Shown one piece after another: positions 43,598 through 57,297 of a DNA stretch of 64,000 bases. Position 1 is the stretch's first letter; each line of letters starts with the position of its first letter. Under the pieces are notes generated by a model. The model was not told the origin of the DNA and did no database searches. It saw only the letters and a list, made by a program, of their open reading frames with translations. This DNA is from the human T2T-CHM13v2.0 reference genome, Homo sapiens: NCBI RefSeq assembly GCF_009914755.1, contig NC_060926.1; one strand, given 5' to 3'. The position numbers and the translations under genes are program-made.

Positions 43598-44746
43598 GTA
43601 ATTATAATAACTTTCAAATCACCAGAAATATAAAATATTTCTCAGTCTGTAGGCATATAACAATGTTGGTTCAAAATATATAAAGTAAAAATGGACAGGT
43701 TTATATGAAAAAAATACAATTGGATAACTTAACACCTTGCTCAAAATCAATAAATTATGCTAAACAAAAGTGGTAATGATTAGGAAATTTTAAATAACAC
43801 ACTTAAAAGCTTATTCTAATGGTCAATCTATAGGCTCTCAAAAGAAATAGAGAATACATATTCTTTCAAGTGCATATAGAATATTTACAAAAATAATCTA
43901 CCCATCACCCTCAGGGGAAATCTCTATATATAATAAAAAATCGATATGATGTAGAATGATTTTCTAGACCAAAATGCAACCAATAAATAAAATAAGTAAG
44001 GAAAGAAAGATCTTACTCTTATCTTGGCAAACTAAAAAATTAAATTATAAACAACTTTGGATCAAAGAAGAAATAGTAATGTAAATTATGACATTAGAAT
44101 TGAATTTCAGTGAATACATTACACTAGAAATTTGTGGGATCCCATTATAGAATTTCTTAATGAGACATTTTTAGCTCATTATACGTATCTAAGAGAAAAC
44201 AAGACAGAAAAATATGAGTTAAGCATTGAACTTAGAAAGTTAGATTTAAAGCAGTAGAATAAAATCAAGAAAGTGGAAAACAGTGTACAAATGTACAAAC
44301 TGATGAATTGAATGATAAAAAATGAAGATTAACAACAACAACAAAAAACTAGTTGAGACTGGCAAAGTTTATTAAGAACAAAAAACAGGAGGTACAAATA
44401 ACCAGTGTTAGAAATAAAAATGGGGACATAACTAGAATAAATAAATGATGCGTGTTTGTTGACCTATGTGTGTTTGTTGACCTATGAAGGTACCGTTGAA
44501 AAATAATCCTACGTCTTATACTAGGTTCTTCGATGCTACTCATTTTATTCATGTTTGTTTTGAAGCTTTAAAGAACTGTCAGGTTCTCTTTAAATCGCAC
44601 TGCATCAATGCCCCTGAAAAACTATCATAGAGGCTTTTTGGACGTACACATTAGTGAGGTATTTTGATATATCTTCAAATACTTTATATACTTCAAAACT
44701 TTAATGTGGTATAGCTGAGATTCTATATTGATATAGGGACAGTTGT

Positions 44747-44859
44747 TGTTATGAACTGAATGTTTGTGCCCTCCCCTCTCCACCAAATTCATATGTTGAA
44801 ATTCCAACATATGAATTTGGTGGAGAGTGGAGGATGTTATAGCATCCTGAACTAAGACA
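44747..44859 (+). mobile_element. Collapsed MLT1A/MST-type LTR whose middle is replaced by an inverted copy
   Basis: 5' end TGTTATGAACTGAATGTTTGTGCCC..CCAAATTCATATGTTGAAAT and 3' end GTTATAGCATCCTGAACTAAGACA. TSD GTTGT at 44742-44746 and 44860-44864. Confidence 0.8.
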
Positions 44860-46009
44860 GTTGTGAGAGGGTAAATTCCTACTTTTCTTTTTGGAGTCTA
44901 TATAATCTTCCATGATGCCATTTATCCTATATTGAAAGACCAGTCCATTGACTACTATTCTCAATTTCCTTTGCTCTTAATCACTTCCTTAATTGAGCAA
45001 AGACTTCTCTGAACAATTGCATGATTGGAAATAATACAATAAACTAAATTGTTCACAACTCACCATAGCTTAATACAATACCTCTTCCACTATTATTTGC
45101 ATAGAAATAAGAGCAAATGGTTTAAAGTCAGATAAATTATGTATCAAACACAGTAAAATTGGTGAAGGATTTTTAAACAGATTTTCTCAAAAACATCATG
45201 AAAATTGTTTTAAAAGTTGAGAGTACATCTACAAAAATAATTTTCATAAAGTTCTTATGGAATGTTTCTAACTCATTCTAGCTCAGATTGTATTGTTACA
45301 AACATATATAAGTTGTTTGTGCAAGAAATTGCAGATGAATGAGTACAAATTCATTTAGATAACTAAAAATAACAAGTTTAGTCTAGTAAAGAACTCAAGA
45401 CCAGCTTACTTTGGATGTGATTTGCTAATGCAAAAAAAGGAACAGCCAGAACCAGTTTGGTCAAGTTCAATTGCTAAATGAGTCACGAGAAGCTACAATG
45501 TGAATCTTTTTTTAAAAAAATAACTGGTTGTTTTCCATTCCATCTCGTTCCAGGGTCAAATAGAGTTTTAGCATTCCAAGAAGCGAGATGGAACTACCTC
45601 CTGGTTGTAGAACATTTTGTCTCGATGTCACATATGTTGATGCATATAGTTCAATCGTGTGCCAGGAATTTGTTTCAAGACTATTTTCTCTATTACCTTT
45701 CACATAAAGAAAACAGTACTGTCCCTTGAGAAAGCTGCTTCTTTATTAGAATAAGTTCCATATTTGATCATTTTGTACAATGTGAAGTTAAAAAACAAGA
45801 CCAAATATGGAGTGATTTTGTGCAGTAAAACAGAGTATTCAAAATTTCATTAGGAGTTCCTGAAACAGAACTGAAATTAAAATTCAAGTATATACACACA
45901 TAGAACATTCTATAGCTTGAGGAGCAGATCTTCTATTTTTTTCTATTCTGTAATACATTGCTGTTGATTCTTTGGTAAATAAAAACAGTATTGATAGATA
46001 ATTTTGTTA

Positions 46010-46545
46010 AAATAGAGGAAGAATATTAAGCAGCTGAGACTCGTTAATTTTATCTGACAAAACACAGATTAACAGGAGAGAAGGCATACAAATTTTATTT
46101 GATGTTAGCATTTTAATTTTGATATGCATAGAGGCCTTCATAGAAAGAAATAATGATCAAATAAGTGGTTGAAATGGAAAGGATTACATAATATCCTAAC
46201 AAAAGTCAATAAATTATGAAGAAGTGATAAAACAAAGGAAAATAAATTTGGACTTTTACAGGCAGTAAATATATAGCAGAAATTAATGGAAGACAAAGGC
46301 TATTTAATAAGATTTTGTTTATGCAAATTTTTCTTGTTTCTGTTTCCATCTCTGGTGATAAAATTGTTCTTTCTTTCCTAGTATGAGAGAAGGAGACACC
46401 TTCCCAAGGGAGACATATACTCAGATTTTAGGCAAGTAGGGGAAGGGCAGAGTGCTTTTCTGTTGCCTTTTCTTAATTGCCTTCAGCTCAAAATAATTAT
46501 TATGCCAAAATTTTATAGATTGGAGTGGCATATTCTGATTATTTA
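46010..46545 (-). mobile_element. MER34-type ERV1 LTR
   Basis: AATTGCCTTCAGCTCAAAATAATTATTATGCCAAAA...GGAGTGGCATATTCTGAT is the antisense recalled MER34 5' end. Boundaries approximate. Confidence 0.7.
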
Positions 46546-46669
46546 TAGCATCATATCAGTTAATCTTCGTATAACCAATATTATTATCAGCTAAATGCTA
46601 CAGATGAGAAAAGTGATGCTTAAAGAGGTTAGAGAGCAGGATCTCCACAATAAGGGAAGAAAGTCTCAC

Positions 46670-47495
46670 CATGAAACAGTTTAACTGCTGAAGAGTATAA
46701 AAAGCATTCATTTAAATATCCGGAAATTGTTTTACAGACATACAAAAAATGTAGAAATATTCATTTAAGAAAATGCACTAAATCTAAGTAAGAACAATAA
46801 GAGTATGTGGCATTTGAACTGTGACTTCCTTCATTATTCAGCTTGGTGTTGTGGAAGCTCTACCTCAGCATATGCACCTAATACAGGAACTCCCTATTTC
46901 TCCAACTCCCTGTCCAGGGCTACAATATCTTCCCATGAGGAGTAGGCTACCAGAAGTTCTCATTCCTTTCAACTTCATGTTGTAAAAGCAGGTGTGGCTG
47001 AGTGGACTGAGGGTCTACTCCCCATGCAGGCCCCACCTGTAGGGCAGAAGCTCTAACCCAGGCACACTAGACATAGAAGCCCTAACCCACACACACATAG
47101 ACATACCGAGGCCTTGATTGCATACCCCTCCCCAGGCTCAGCTCACTCATAGGGTTGAAGTTCCATATTGAGAAGATCAAACCAAGAAGACAAGGGGAAG
47201 CCACCATCTGCCCCTGTAATCACTTGTAGAGCTATGATTTAAAGAAACAAAACAAAACCAAGATCAAATTATATGTTGTCTACAGGAGACACCATTTAGA
47301 TTCAAAGATTAAAAAATGGGTTGAAGGTAAAAGGATGGAGAAAGATACTCCATGCAAATAGCAGTCATAAAAGAGCTGGAGTGGCTATGCCAATATTGGA
47401 GAAAATAGACTTTAAAACAAAAAATTTTACTAGACATAAAAACTGTCACTAAATAATAAAAGGGCCAATCTATCAGAAGGATATATATAATATAT

Positions 47496-47541
<46 letters not shown>

Positions 47542-48250
47542 ATATATATATATATGTATGTGTACATATATATAAATGTATGTGTAGATATATATGTGTA
47601 CATATGTATGTATGTGTACATATATGTATGTGTACATATATATGTGTGTGTACCTAATAACAGAGCTCCAAATTATATGTAGCAAACTGATAGGTTGGAA
47701 GGGACAAAATAGAAAATTCAACAATAATAGTTAGAAACTTGAATTCTACTTTCAATAATAGAACAACTAGACAGAAAAACAACTATTACTTAGTAATAAA
47801 AAACAACTATTACTCAGTAATTTAAAAAGTGAAGTATTGATAATGCTACTATTTGGATGAAACATGAAAATGTTATGCTGAGTGAAAGAAGCCAGACACA
47901 AAAGTCACATATGATTCAATGTGTACGACATATGTAATAGGCAAACATTATATGATTCCATTTGTATGGTGTATGTAATAGGCAAACTTACAGAGACAGA
48001 AGGTAGATTTGTGGTTGCTTAGGGCTGCAAAAATTGGGAGGGTTGAGGGAAGAAATGGGGATTGACTACTAATAGATTGTCTTTGGGGTGAAAAAATGTT
48101 TTACAATTAGATTGTCAGATCTACAAAACTCTGTGAATATATTTGAAGACTGAATCGTACTCTTTCAATGTTAAAAGAATTGTGGGGTAGGTGAATTTTA
48201 CAGTAGGTGAATTGAATGGTAGGTGAGTTATATCTCAATAACGCTGTTTT
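46670..48250 (+). mobile_element. Old L1M fragments (5' region, ORF2 start, 3' UTR)
   Basis: GTCTACAGGAGACAC..TTTAGATTCAAAGA..GGTAAAAGGATGGAGAAAGATA (ORF2 endonuclease region); ATGCTGAGTGAAAGAAGCCAGACACAAAAG...GTGGTTGCTTAGGGCTG (3' end). Confidence 0.7.
47481..47652 (+). repeat. Compound (TA)n/(TG)n/(TATG)n microsatellite
   Basis: Directly visible; explains the three overlapping low-complexity ORFs. Confidence 0.95.
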
Positions 48251-49118
48251 TGAAAAAGGGTACAGTTTCGTTGGAACACACAGACACAAAAGAAATTAAG
48301 TAAGGTTTCTAGAGGAATTTAAATAGTAGGTGGCAGAGTTGACTTCAAATTCAGCTAGACTGAATTTAGAGCCCAGTAGTATAACCACGACAGAAGTAAT
48401 TTAGCCACAGTCATAGAAAAAAGATGAAATTCAGATAGATTGTGAGATTTGGAACCACCATCACTAAGACAGGTAGCAGGAAAGAGGACTACAAATTGCT
48501 CCAAGTGTTAACTAGTAAAAATGTTCTGAGGAGGAAGAGGCAGGAGAGCTCTAATAGCTTCATTTTCTATGAGGAAATTCTTGAACTAGAGTGAGCTAGT
48601 GAAAGCCCTTTAACATAACATACTCTGACCTCACAAATATACAGAACAGCAGTAAACTTTAGTTTGGAAAGTTACTATGCAACTGTATCGAGCATCCCTT
48701 TTTAGTGCTGCTCCTTCTTATAAGCAATTTATCTATATATATATATATGTGAACTAAATATGTACCCAATACTATGTTTCTTCCTCTGCTTAAGTAGTTA
48801 TTTACTTACATATGAGGACACAAGTTTCAAGAATATGAATACATTGTACAGTCTAAGTGGAAGAGTTGTGGTTTGAACCAGGTCTGCCAGTCAACAGAGC
48901 TGGTGCTTCTTAGCACACCACATGAATCATCACAGCATCACAAAATGGGCAATTTAATATTCTATTTTTTCCTACTGCAAAAATATGACCTTTTAGTTAG
49001 TGAATAAGCTTCATCTATCTACAGATATTTGCTGCTTTTCATGTGTGATCACATGCAATGTATTTTGAGCTATTTTGGCATCTATAATATATTGCCTAGC
49101 AATTTCTGTGAGCAGTTA

Positions 49119-49357
49119 CAGTCGTTACTCAGAACACACAGGGATTGGTTCTAGGACCCCCTGCATATACCAAAATCTGCATATTCAAGTCCTGCAATCA
49201 GCAGGCTAAACCCAAGTATATGAAAAGGCAGTGCTTGGTTATGTGTGGGATTTGCATTCTGCATATACTGTATTTTCAATCCTAATTTGGTTGGAAAAAA
49301 AATGTGTGTATAAGTGGACCTGCACAGTTCAAACCCATGTTGTTTGAGGTTCAACTG
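49119..49357 (+). mobile_element. MER8 (TcMar-Tigger MITE)
   Basis: CAGTCG...GGGATTGGTTCTAGGACCCC...TATAAGTGGACCTGCACAGTTCAAACCCATGTTGTTTGAGGTTCAACTG, with TA on both flanks. Confidence 0.88.
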
Positions 49358-49635
49358 TATTTGTCTTTGAAAGCCATTTGACTAGAATTTTGGCGCTATC
49401 TCAGACAAAGATATATTTCTACAGAGTCCAAGAAGGATGGATACAAACAAATGTAAGTTGGCTATAGGACAGCAATCTTGCAGCAGAAAGAGCCAATGTC
49501 TGCACAATAGCCATTCCTCCTTTCAACTTTAACAATGTATACTCAAATTTTACTCTGAGCACATAACTCCTTGGAATAATGCCTTCTTTTTGAAACTTGC
49601 CATGTATTTAGGGATGGCTATATGTTAGTCATGGA

Positions 49636-49799
49636 CAGTGATTTGCTGGAGCTGGCTTGGCTGGGAGAGTCACTTGTGCACATCTCTCTCCATCACTGTT
49701 CAGTGAAGTTGAGTTGGTAGCTTGAAATCAGCCATAGCAGGTATATTTACACAATGAAGATTGGAGGCCTATTTGTCAAATGTTTCCAGCACACTATTG
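49636..49799 (+). mobile_element. MER63-type hAT MITE inside an old LTR relic (about 49500-50127)
   Basis: CAGTGATTTGCTGG...TTGTGCACATCTCT...GTTGGTAGCTTGAAATCAGCCAT...CCAGCACACTATTG, with inverted termini. Confidence 0.75.
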
Positions 49800-50429
49800 G
49801 TTCTGCACAATGAACCAATTGGAAAGTGTTATCCTCTTTAAAAACAAACAAACAAACAAAAAACATCTTGCATGAGTCCCTTGCATCTTCTCCCCTGCAT
49901 CTTCCTCCACACCTGCTGCTTGGAATGGGGAGGTGATGGATGCTGCTAAAGCAGCGTTCTTATGCCATGAAGCTGAGAGATGACTGGGTTCTTCATGACT
50001 TAAAAGAACTGTAGTACCTGTTGACTGCCACATGATGCTGATACTACTGGTCCGTGAACCCTACATTGAGAATGACTGTTACTTTGGGTTTTTTGTTACA
50101 TGCAGTTGAATCAAATCCTAACTGATAGTGTTAGGAGATTCTGGTGAACTAGAAAAAAAAGACCTCATCTGAAGGCATTCATATTCAAGTTTTTAAAATA
50201 CTGAGCTGGCCAACGATGTATATCTCCTGACTTTATTAAGCAGTAGAACAGAGAGGAAGGAAGGAATTGCAACCTTGGTGCCAACCTATGGTGGCACTCT
50301 ACTGCTAGACATTGATGTCCCAGGACCTCACCCCACCTGCAGGATGCACATAGAAGGAATAAAGGAGAAGAAAATAATGAGTAAATAAATGGAAAGTGAT
50401 AAAGGGGTAGGTATTAGGAAAATAAGATT

Positions 50430-50946
50430 ACATTGTGACCAGTATGTAGATTAAAGCAGACAGTCAGTGCACTGCCATAGCTTGCTTGAATTTTTTACAT
50501 TCCCAGGCTCTCTGTCTCCACGTGTGTTTTTATTCTCACATTGACAGCACTGTGTCTTTTTATTGCAGGGATGGCCCCTGACTGCCGGAATCTACTTTTT
50601 TCCACTGTGGTAGAAGTATTTGGGGACTTATATCCTTCCAGGAGTAGTTCTTATCCAATCACTGATAGGTTCAGGGGTTTAAATATTTCAGCCATTGTGG
50701 CTTGATCAGGATAAGTCTGAGGTGTGATCCACACTGTTTAGAGATATCCTCTATGGGACAGAGACAAAGTTACCCTCCATGAAACTTTGCTTTATAATAT
50801 ACCCCTCCTTAGCCTTCTTACCTTACTAGTCCTATTTCCTTGCTACACACCCCATGCCCCTGATTTTCCTGGGAAAATTTTCTATTAATCGTGTTCACAT
50901 GAGTCATCTTCCGAGAGTCTGTTTCTGGGGAATACAACTTAAGGCA
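50430..50946 (+). mobile_element. LTR33/LTR16-class ERVL LTR
   Basis: The 3' end GAGAGTCTGTTTCTGGGGAATACAACTTAAGGCA resembles the LTR33 terminus. 5' boundary uncertain. Confidence 0.5.
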
Positions 50947-52291
50947 GAGATATAACAATAAGAATTTTAATCTTCTTCCCAGAAAGCAATGGGAAGAATA
51001 AAGGGAAGATCAGTCATCCTGTTCTATCTTCTTAAATTTGAGCTTTCTCCACTGACATGTCTCAGATGTGCTTGGGAGGAAAATCAACTCATTTTGGACA
51101 TCCAGATTCATTCAGGAAATTGGCAATATATATCTGGACTACAGGAAAGAGGTCAGAGCCAGAGATATATTAAATTAAAACAAGCTGGGTTGTAAACTCA
51201 TAGTGTATGAGAGTTATGCTGATTTACTTTTCTATGAACTACTTGCCCATCCTCACCTAATTTTAAAATTCAGTACAGCTGTGATTTTCATCAAATGTTT
51301 ATGATCCTATTATAGGATATATTTTTAGCCTTAATAAAAGGAAGTTGATAAAGCTTCATTATCTGTCGTTTCAGAGGAAGAGTAAAAAATCCAACATCTA
51401 CCAAGTAAGTCTATAATATGTCATCGTAAATCTTCTATTTCCCAAGCCTTTGTCTCTCTCTGACATCAAAGATAAATGACTATTACTAGAATTAATATCT
51501 CTTAAATATATCATGATTCTTCAACATTATTACCAAAAGGCTGTTATGAAAACTTCACTAAAATAGAATTTGATTTTCTTTCTATGAACTGTAAGGGTGA
51601 CTGATTTTTTAGTACTTGTAGTGGAAATGTCTCCCATATTAACTCAGCAGGTTTTCTTAGAATAATAAAATTATTTTATATGTGAGAAAGGAAATTGTAA
51701 AATACAGTGGCAAAATTATTCTAGTTTTTTAATCTTCGGAAAGTATGATCATTTAAATCACTTTGATAGAAGAGTTAGTGTCACTTCCAGGCTCTGGATC
51801 TTGCTTTAAAATAACATGAGCTTGGGAGCAAAATAATACAACTTATTTGACCTAGGGAGAGCTCTTAAGAAACTTCCTCGAGATCTTTGAAGTACTCCTA
51901 TTTCTTGTACCAGAGGCAAAAGATAAGTTTAGTTTAAGTTTCTTTGTACTATTGTGAATTACAAACATCATTTCTCTAGAAATGTGTGTGCATGTGAAAG
52001 CTCCTATAATAGTTGCTATGGAACTAATTTCTGACATTAACATCATTAAGGCTTATTTTGGATTGGAAGGAAATGCATCTGTAAGACCTCGAAAACTGCT
52101 TCCATAATTTGGAGTTGAGGAAGACAAAAATTGGAGAGTGGCAAAAAATGAAAGAAAATATTTGCAAGGGTCAGTTACCCATGACGATTTTACATGTTTT
52201 AGTGATGATAGTATCAGAAAAGCAAATATTTTATAGGATTGTTTCCTATGTCAGCATCAATTAAAAGATCTTTCAACTTCCGGAATTATGA

Positions 52292-52594
<303 letters not shown>

Positions 52595-53516
52595 ATTATA
52601 TAGCAGTTTGGTTACATAGCCAGAGCCAAACAATACTGACCCACTTTAAATTTTAGAAATTATCTTATTTATTTTCGGGTGTGCTCTAGTGTAGGCAAAA
52701 CTGTAATATAATTTAAAAATGTACATTTATCCTATGTGCCTGAGGCAGTTGGGGTTTTTATGCTTTCTCTACTCTTTCTCACTATCAACAGCTTATCTCT
52801 GACAATGAGGACAACAATTTACACTAAGATGAGAGTCATTGGCTATGGAGAAGCTAATATTCAAATGTAAAGTCATGCAAACTGTCTACCAATCCTTTCC
52901 TTGACTTGATTTTTTTGTTTCTCTCCTTATATTTCCTTTTGTTCTGATCTTCCTACTTAACTTTTTAACCTAATCTTTTTCCTTTTATTTTAGAAGCTGT
53001 CCCAAATTTATTTTCAGATGAAATTGAGGTATGAATAGACACATAAAACTAATACAAATGATCAATTAAGACTGTGCAACAATTAGCATCATGTCATTTT
53101 CATAGATAAGAATGCTGTAGAACAGGGAGGATAAGTGACTTTCCTCAATTTATTAGCACTTTTTTAAGTTACAATTTAGGCCCTAGAGCTCAAGCACTTC
53201 TAGTTTGGAAATATTATTCTCAGTGGAACTCCCGACTTTTCTGAGGATGGCTGTGAAGCCAGGTTGCTTGTTGTGACCAGAACACTAAATGTGTTAATCC
53301 TGTATTTGAAAAAGTAAACTATTCACTTTTTGAAACATAACCCTTCCCAATTTTGTAATCATAGGTCTTAAATGTAGGTGAGTCGCTTTAGTCAGCTACC
53401 AGTCTCTTACTTACAAAGGATAAGCCTTTAGTGGAACAGGAGGAGGAGGTGAATCCTACATATCATGTGACCTACAAGGAGGAGAAGCTTGGTAGAGAGG
53501 TTGACTACTATTACAA

Positions 53517-53553
53517 AACACACACACACACACAGACACACACACACACAGAG
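53517..53553 (+). repeat. (CA)n microsatellite, interrupted
   Basis: Directly visible. Confidence 0.9.
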
Positions 53554-55149
53554 AATAAAAGCTGAAAAGAAATGCGCTCCTTTGTGTTGAGATCATTACT
53601 TCTCCATTATATCATTGTCACACCACCCCACAAGCCCTTGTCTGCAAACTTGTATTCTCATAAATGAAGTATATAATGTTCAATGAAATTCAGTTTCCAC
53701 ATTACCTTTGAATTTTATTTTTAATATGAAGATCAGATGTATGAAAGGATATGAGTTTGGTTATAATTAAAGCTAAATCACATTTGAAACTTCTGAGTTT
53801 TTCCACAATTTTTAATTTTCTCAGACTTCCTGCATATCCAGTTTGACCTATTCATGCAGATTTTTATCATCAAATTGTAAATTTTGAAAACTTTTTCTTC
53901 ATAATGCTCCACTATTTTTTAAATAATGCTTATGTTTAAAACCAGAATAGTTTTATAACATGTGTCAGTAAATAACATTTATGGCAAAATAATGAAATAA
54001 ACAACCATAGGTAACTGCTATATACTTATCAAATCCAGTGTTACTAGGATGAGAGAAGCAACCCGTTAAATCTCTGAGGAGGGAGAAAGAAAACAGAGAA
54101 AATGTCGCTGTATGTTTCTCCACTGAATGTATATTTCTCTGAGATTACTTTTATAACTTGTATACTATTTTTATTATTTTGACACTTAATTAGTGTCACT
54201 AATTAAGACATTTCATGTTCTTGTCATTATAATTTCTGGTCAATTTTTTTATATTTGACGTTTTAGAATTTTTTTTGATCAGAAATACTATGAAATTTTT
54301 GTGTACGTGGCTATCACATGTGTCTTCCAAAATATGTGTTGCCTAATTAAAGTAGAAGTTTTTACATAACAATATCTAGTTTTCTACACATTAATTGAAA
54401 TAACTATAACCTTCTTAACTAAAAATACAAAGTGATAAAAGGGTGTATTTTAAGTTTACTACATATTAAATTGGGGAAAAAGATGTTAAATAATCATGAA
54501 GTTAATATAAATACATTTAAAAAGGAGTATATTTTTCACTGTTGATAACTTACTGAAAGTATTACTATGGAAAAAATAATATATAAACTAGCTGCTTTAA
54601 CTGTAAGCAGATCATTTAACATACCAAAGCATCATTTTCTAAAAGGTAAAAGCGGGTGTCGAATTAGATGAATTCCAAAATCTCTTCCAACTTTAACCTT
54701 ATAAATAACCCTTCTTTTAATGTTCTCACTTAAAAACTATCTAAGATAAGTAATGGAACTATCAGGGTATGCTCCTCTCTGTATTTGTCAAAATTTCATA
54801 TACTTTTGAGGGAAGTAAATTAGATTCATCTGGTCAGATCGTCTGTTTTACTTGTATTACCTAGGGGCCAGAGTAGTTGAAAAACATGATTAATAAACAA
54901 AATGAAACTGAGGTTGTGACATAAGGAAGTTCACGTGACACGAGAGGGCATGAAGGAGGAAATTCACTACTAGAATACACTATGATAGGATATGATGATC
55001 CTGGGTTCAAAAGAAACAGAACTATTATTAAGAAAGGTATGGTAGAGCAGTACGGTGAAGATATATTCCTTCAGGAAAATCTATAGAATTGTGGAGGGTA
55101 TGTGTGTGAGGCTAAAAAGAGATTAGAAACAAAATTAGGCAGTATCTCC

Positions 55150-55385
55150 CAGTGGTTACCAGGCTGAACTTTGAAGTTGATTGCCTGGGCTCCTATCTTG
55201 AATATGTCACTTATAGCTGTGGAACCCTGGACAACTTATTTAATCTCTTTGTCCTTCAAATTCCGTATATGTAGAATGTGGGTGATGATAATACCTACCA
55301 CATAGGGTTATTGTGAGGATTAAATAAGATTAAACGCAAATCTCCAGGCATAAAGAAGGTGCTCAATAAAAATTAATTATTATTA
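55150..55385 (+). mobile_element. MIR
   Basis: TGCCTGGGCTCCTATCTTG...ATAATACCTACCACATAGGGTTATTGTGAGGATTAAATAAGAT...GGTGCTCAATAAA. Confidence 0.8.
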
Positions 55386-57136
55386 TCACTGTAGAAGAGT
55401 ATTAGAGAGAACTTGACCAAAGAAAGTGAATAGATAATATTCACCTGGTGCAAATGACAAGTTGGACTTTAAGTGCACATTTAACTGAAAATCTAATTTC
55501 TTGAAAGCTGAGCATTTGATAAGGTCTTGTTTTATCTCACTGATAGTTTTCATCCAGTAAAAGGTGAAGAAAGCTATTAGGGAAATTGGTACTGTTGGCC
55601 TATACATTTTCATATCGTCTGGAAGAAACACCATACAGGGCAATGTACTGAACGAAACCAGTGTAACTCCCCAGGAAACAGCTGACAAGATCAGATTTTA
55701 AATTGGTGAGACACAAGAAGAAAGGCTACCTACTTAAATATTACAATGATACTGACTGTCAGGATAATGTCAAAGGTACTAAAGTCTAAAATGAACTGTG
55801 ATGTATGAAAAATGTTAAGGTGAACAAAAATGGAAAAATATGTAAAGGAGTTTCCGGGGAAGCGGAATTAGTGTATGTGGTGTATATTCTTTGGCAAAAG
55901 CTACTACTAATGAGGAAAGCTTGAAGCCTGCTGGGGAAGGAGATGATCAAACCCAGCTGCTATTTAGTAGAAAAGGGATAAAGACCCTAAACTTCTTCCA
56001 CATTAGATTTAAAGTTGTGGCAATTGCTGGGATTAGCATTGTCCTATGTCTTTTAACATACAAAGGCAATTTCTCTCTAAGATAAAGTTACCATAAACGT
56101 AGGAAGAAATGGGGCTGTTGGGCTGACTCCTACACCAGGTCATGTTGGTGAATGAGAATCACGATTCTGAATTAATGAGGCAATATAATCCATGAAGGAT
56201 ACAGAATAGATGCTGTCCCTATTAACCAGGGAACAGGTTATGTGAGGCAGTCTAGTAAGTTCAAACACTGCAACCCAAGTAACATGAGAAAAGGGCATGA
56301 CAGTCAAGGTTTAAGAAAACTATAATGGGCAGAAATGGTATTTACCATTGGCAGCCCTGGGAAAGTTCAGCAGACAAGGAAAACTTACCCTAGTGCTAAC
56401 CATATGGAAGCAAATGAAGTATGTTTTCTACTAGCTAGGTTTCACATAAACACCAGGCCTTTGCAGTTGGTGACCACACCAGGATCATGGTCTCATGCAA
56501 GAGTGCACTTGCCATCAGGAAGTGATTATGACTCCTCCAACCTCAAGGGAGCAGGTGTGGGTCCTGGCTTGAGTGTTGAGAAACTAAAATCAATTCTTCT
56601 TGAGTATAAAAAAGCATTTGGGAGGGAATCCAGCACTGGAGAAGAGCAGAGGAAATGACCTTACTTTTATTGAGATAGATGTAGCCTGGAGCATGTCCCT
56701 CTCTAACTATGTTTAAAGGACCATTTTTCCCCAACTTCATCATGGGCAGATACCTTTGTAAAATAATAATAATGAATTATTTGAAAAATAAACAGCAAAT
56801 CTAGACATACAATATAAAGCCCTAATTATAAACTATACCAATTGTTCACTGAAAGTATGTGCACTGGTGATTAATATAGACTCTACCTATACATTGAGAG
56901 CACTGAACAATGTCTTCACTGGTACTCCCCAAACTTAGGACATATGATACATATTGAAAATAACAATGTATAAGATATCGCGGTGGAGTAAAGGGATTAG
57001 ACTACTTAGGCCACCATAAGCTCCTCCTGGCTGTCCCAGGGATGAGACATACTTTTAAGTTTGAGGGGAAAAAATTAGGCTAAGGCCTTGTGTTTATGTA
57101 AAGAACACAGTGTAAGAAATCTTTTCTAGCTCTCTC

Positions 57137-57159
57137 TGTGTGTGTGTGTGTGTGTGTGT
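57137..57159 (+). repeat. (TG)n microsatellite
   Basis: Directly visible. Confidence 0.9.
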
Positions 57160-57204
57160 CTGCACATGCATGCATGCTTCATAAGAAAGAGTACTTAATT
57201 ATAA

Positions 57205-57297
57205 TTTTTTTTTTTTTTTTTTGCTCTGTCACCCAGGCTGGAGTGCAGTGGTATGATCTCGGCTCACTGCAACTTTAACCTCTCAGGTTCAAGTGAT
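57205..57297 (-). mobile_element. Short Alu 3' fragment
   Basis: T18 joined to GCTCTGTCACCCAGGCTGGAGTGCAGTGG...GGTTCAAGTGAT. Confidence 0.85.

Noticed and set aside
47430-47724. Tyr/Ile/His-rich ORFs
   Set aside because: They are translations of a TA/TG microsatellite.
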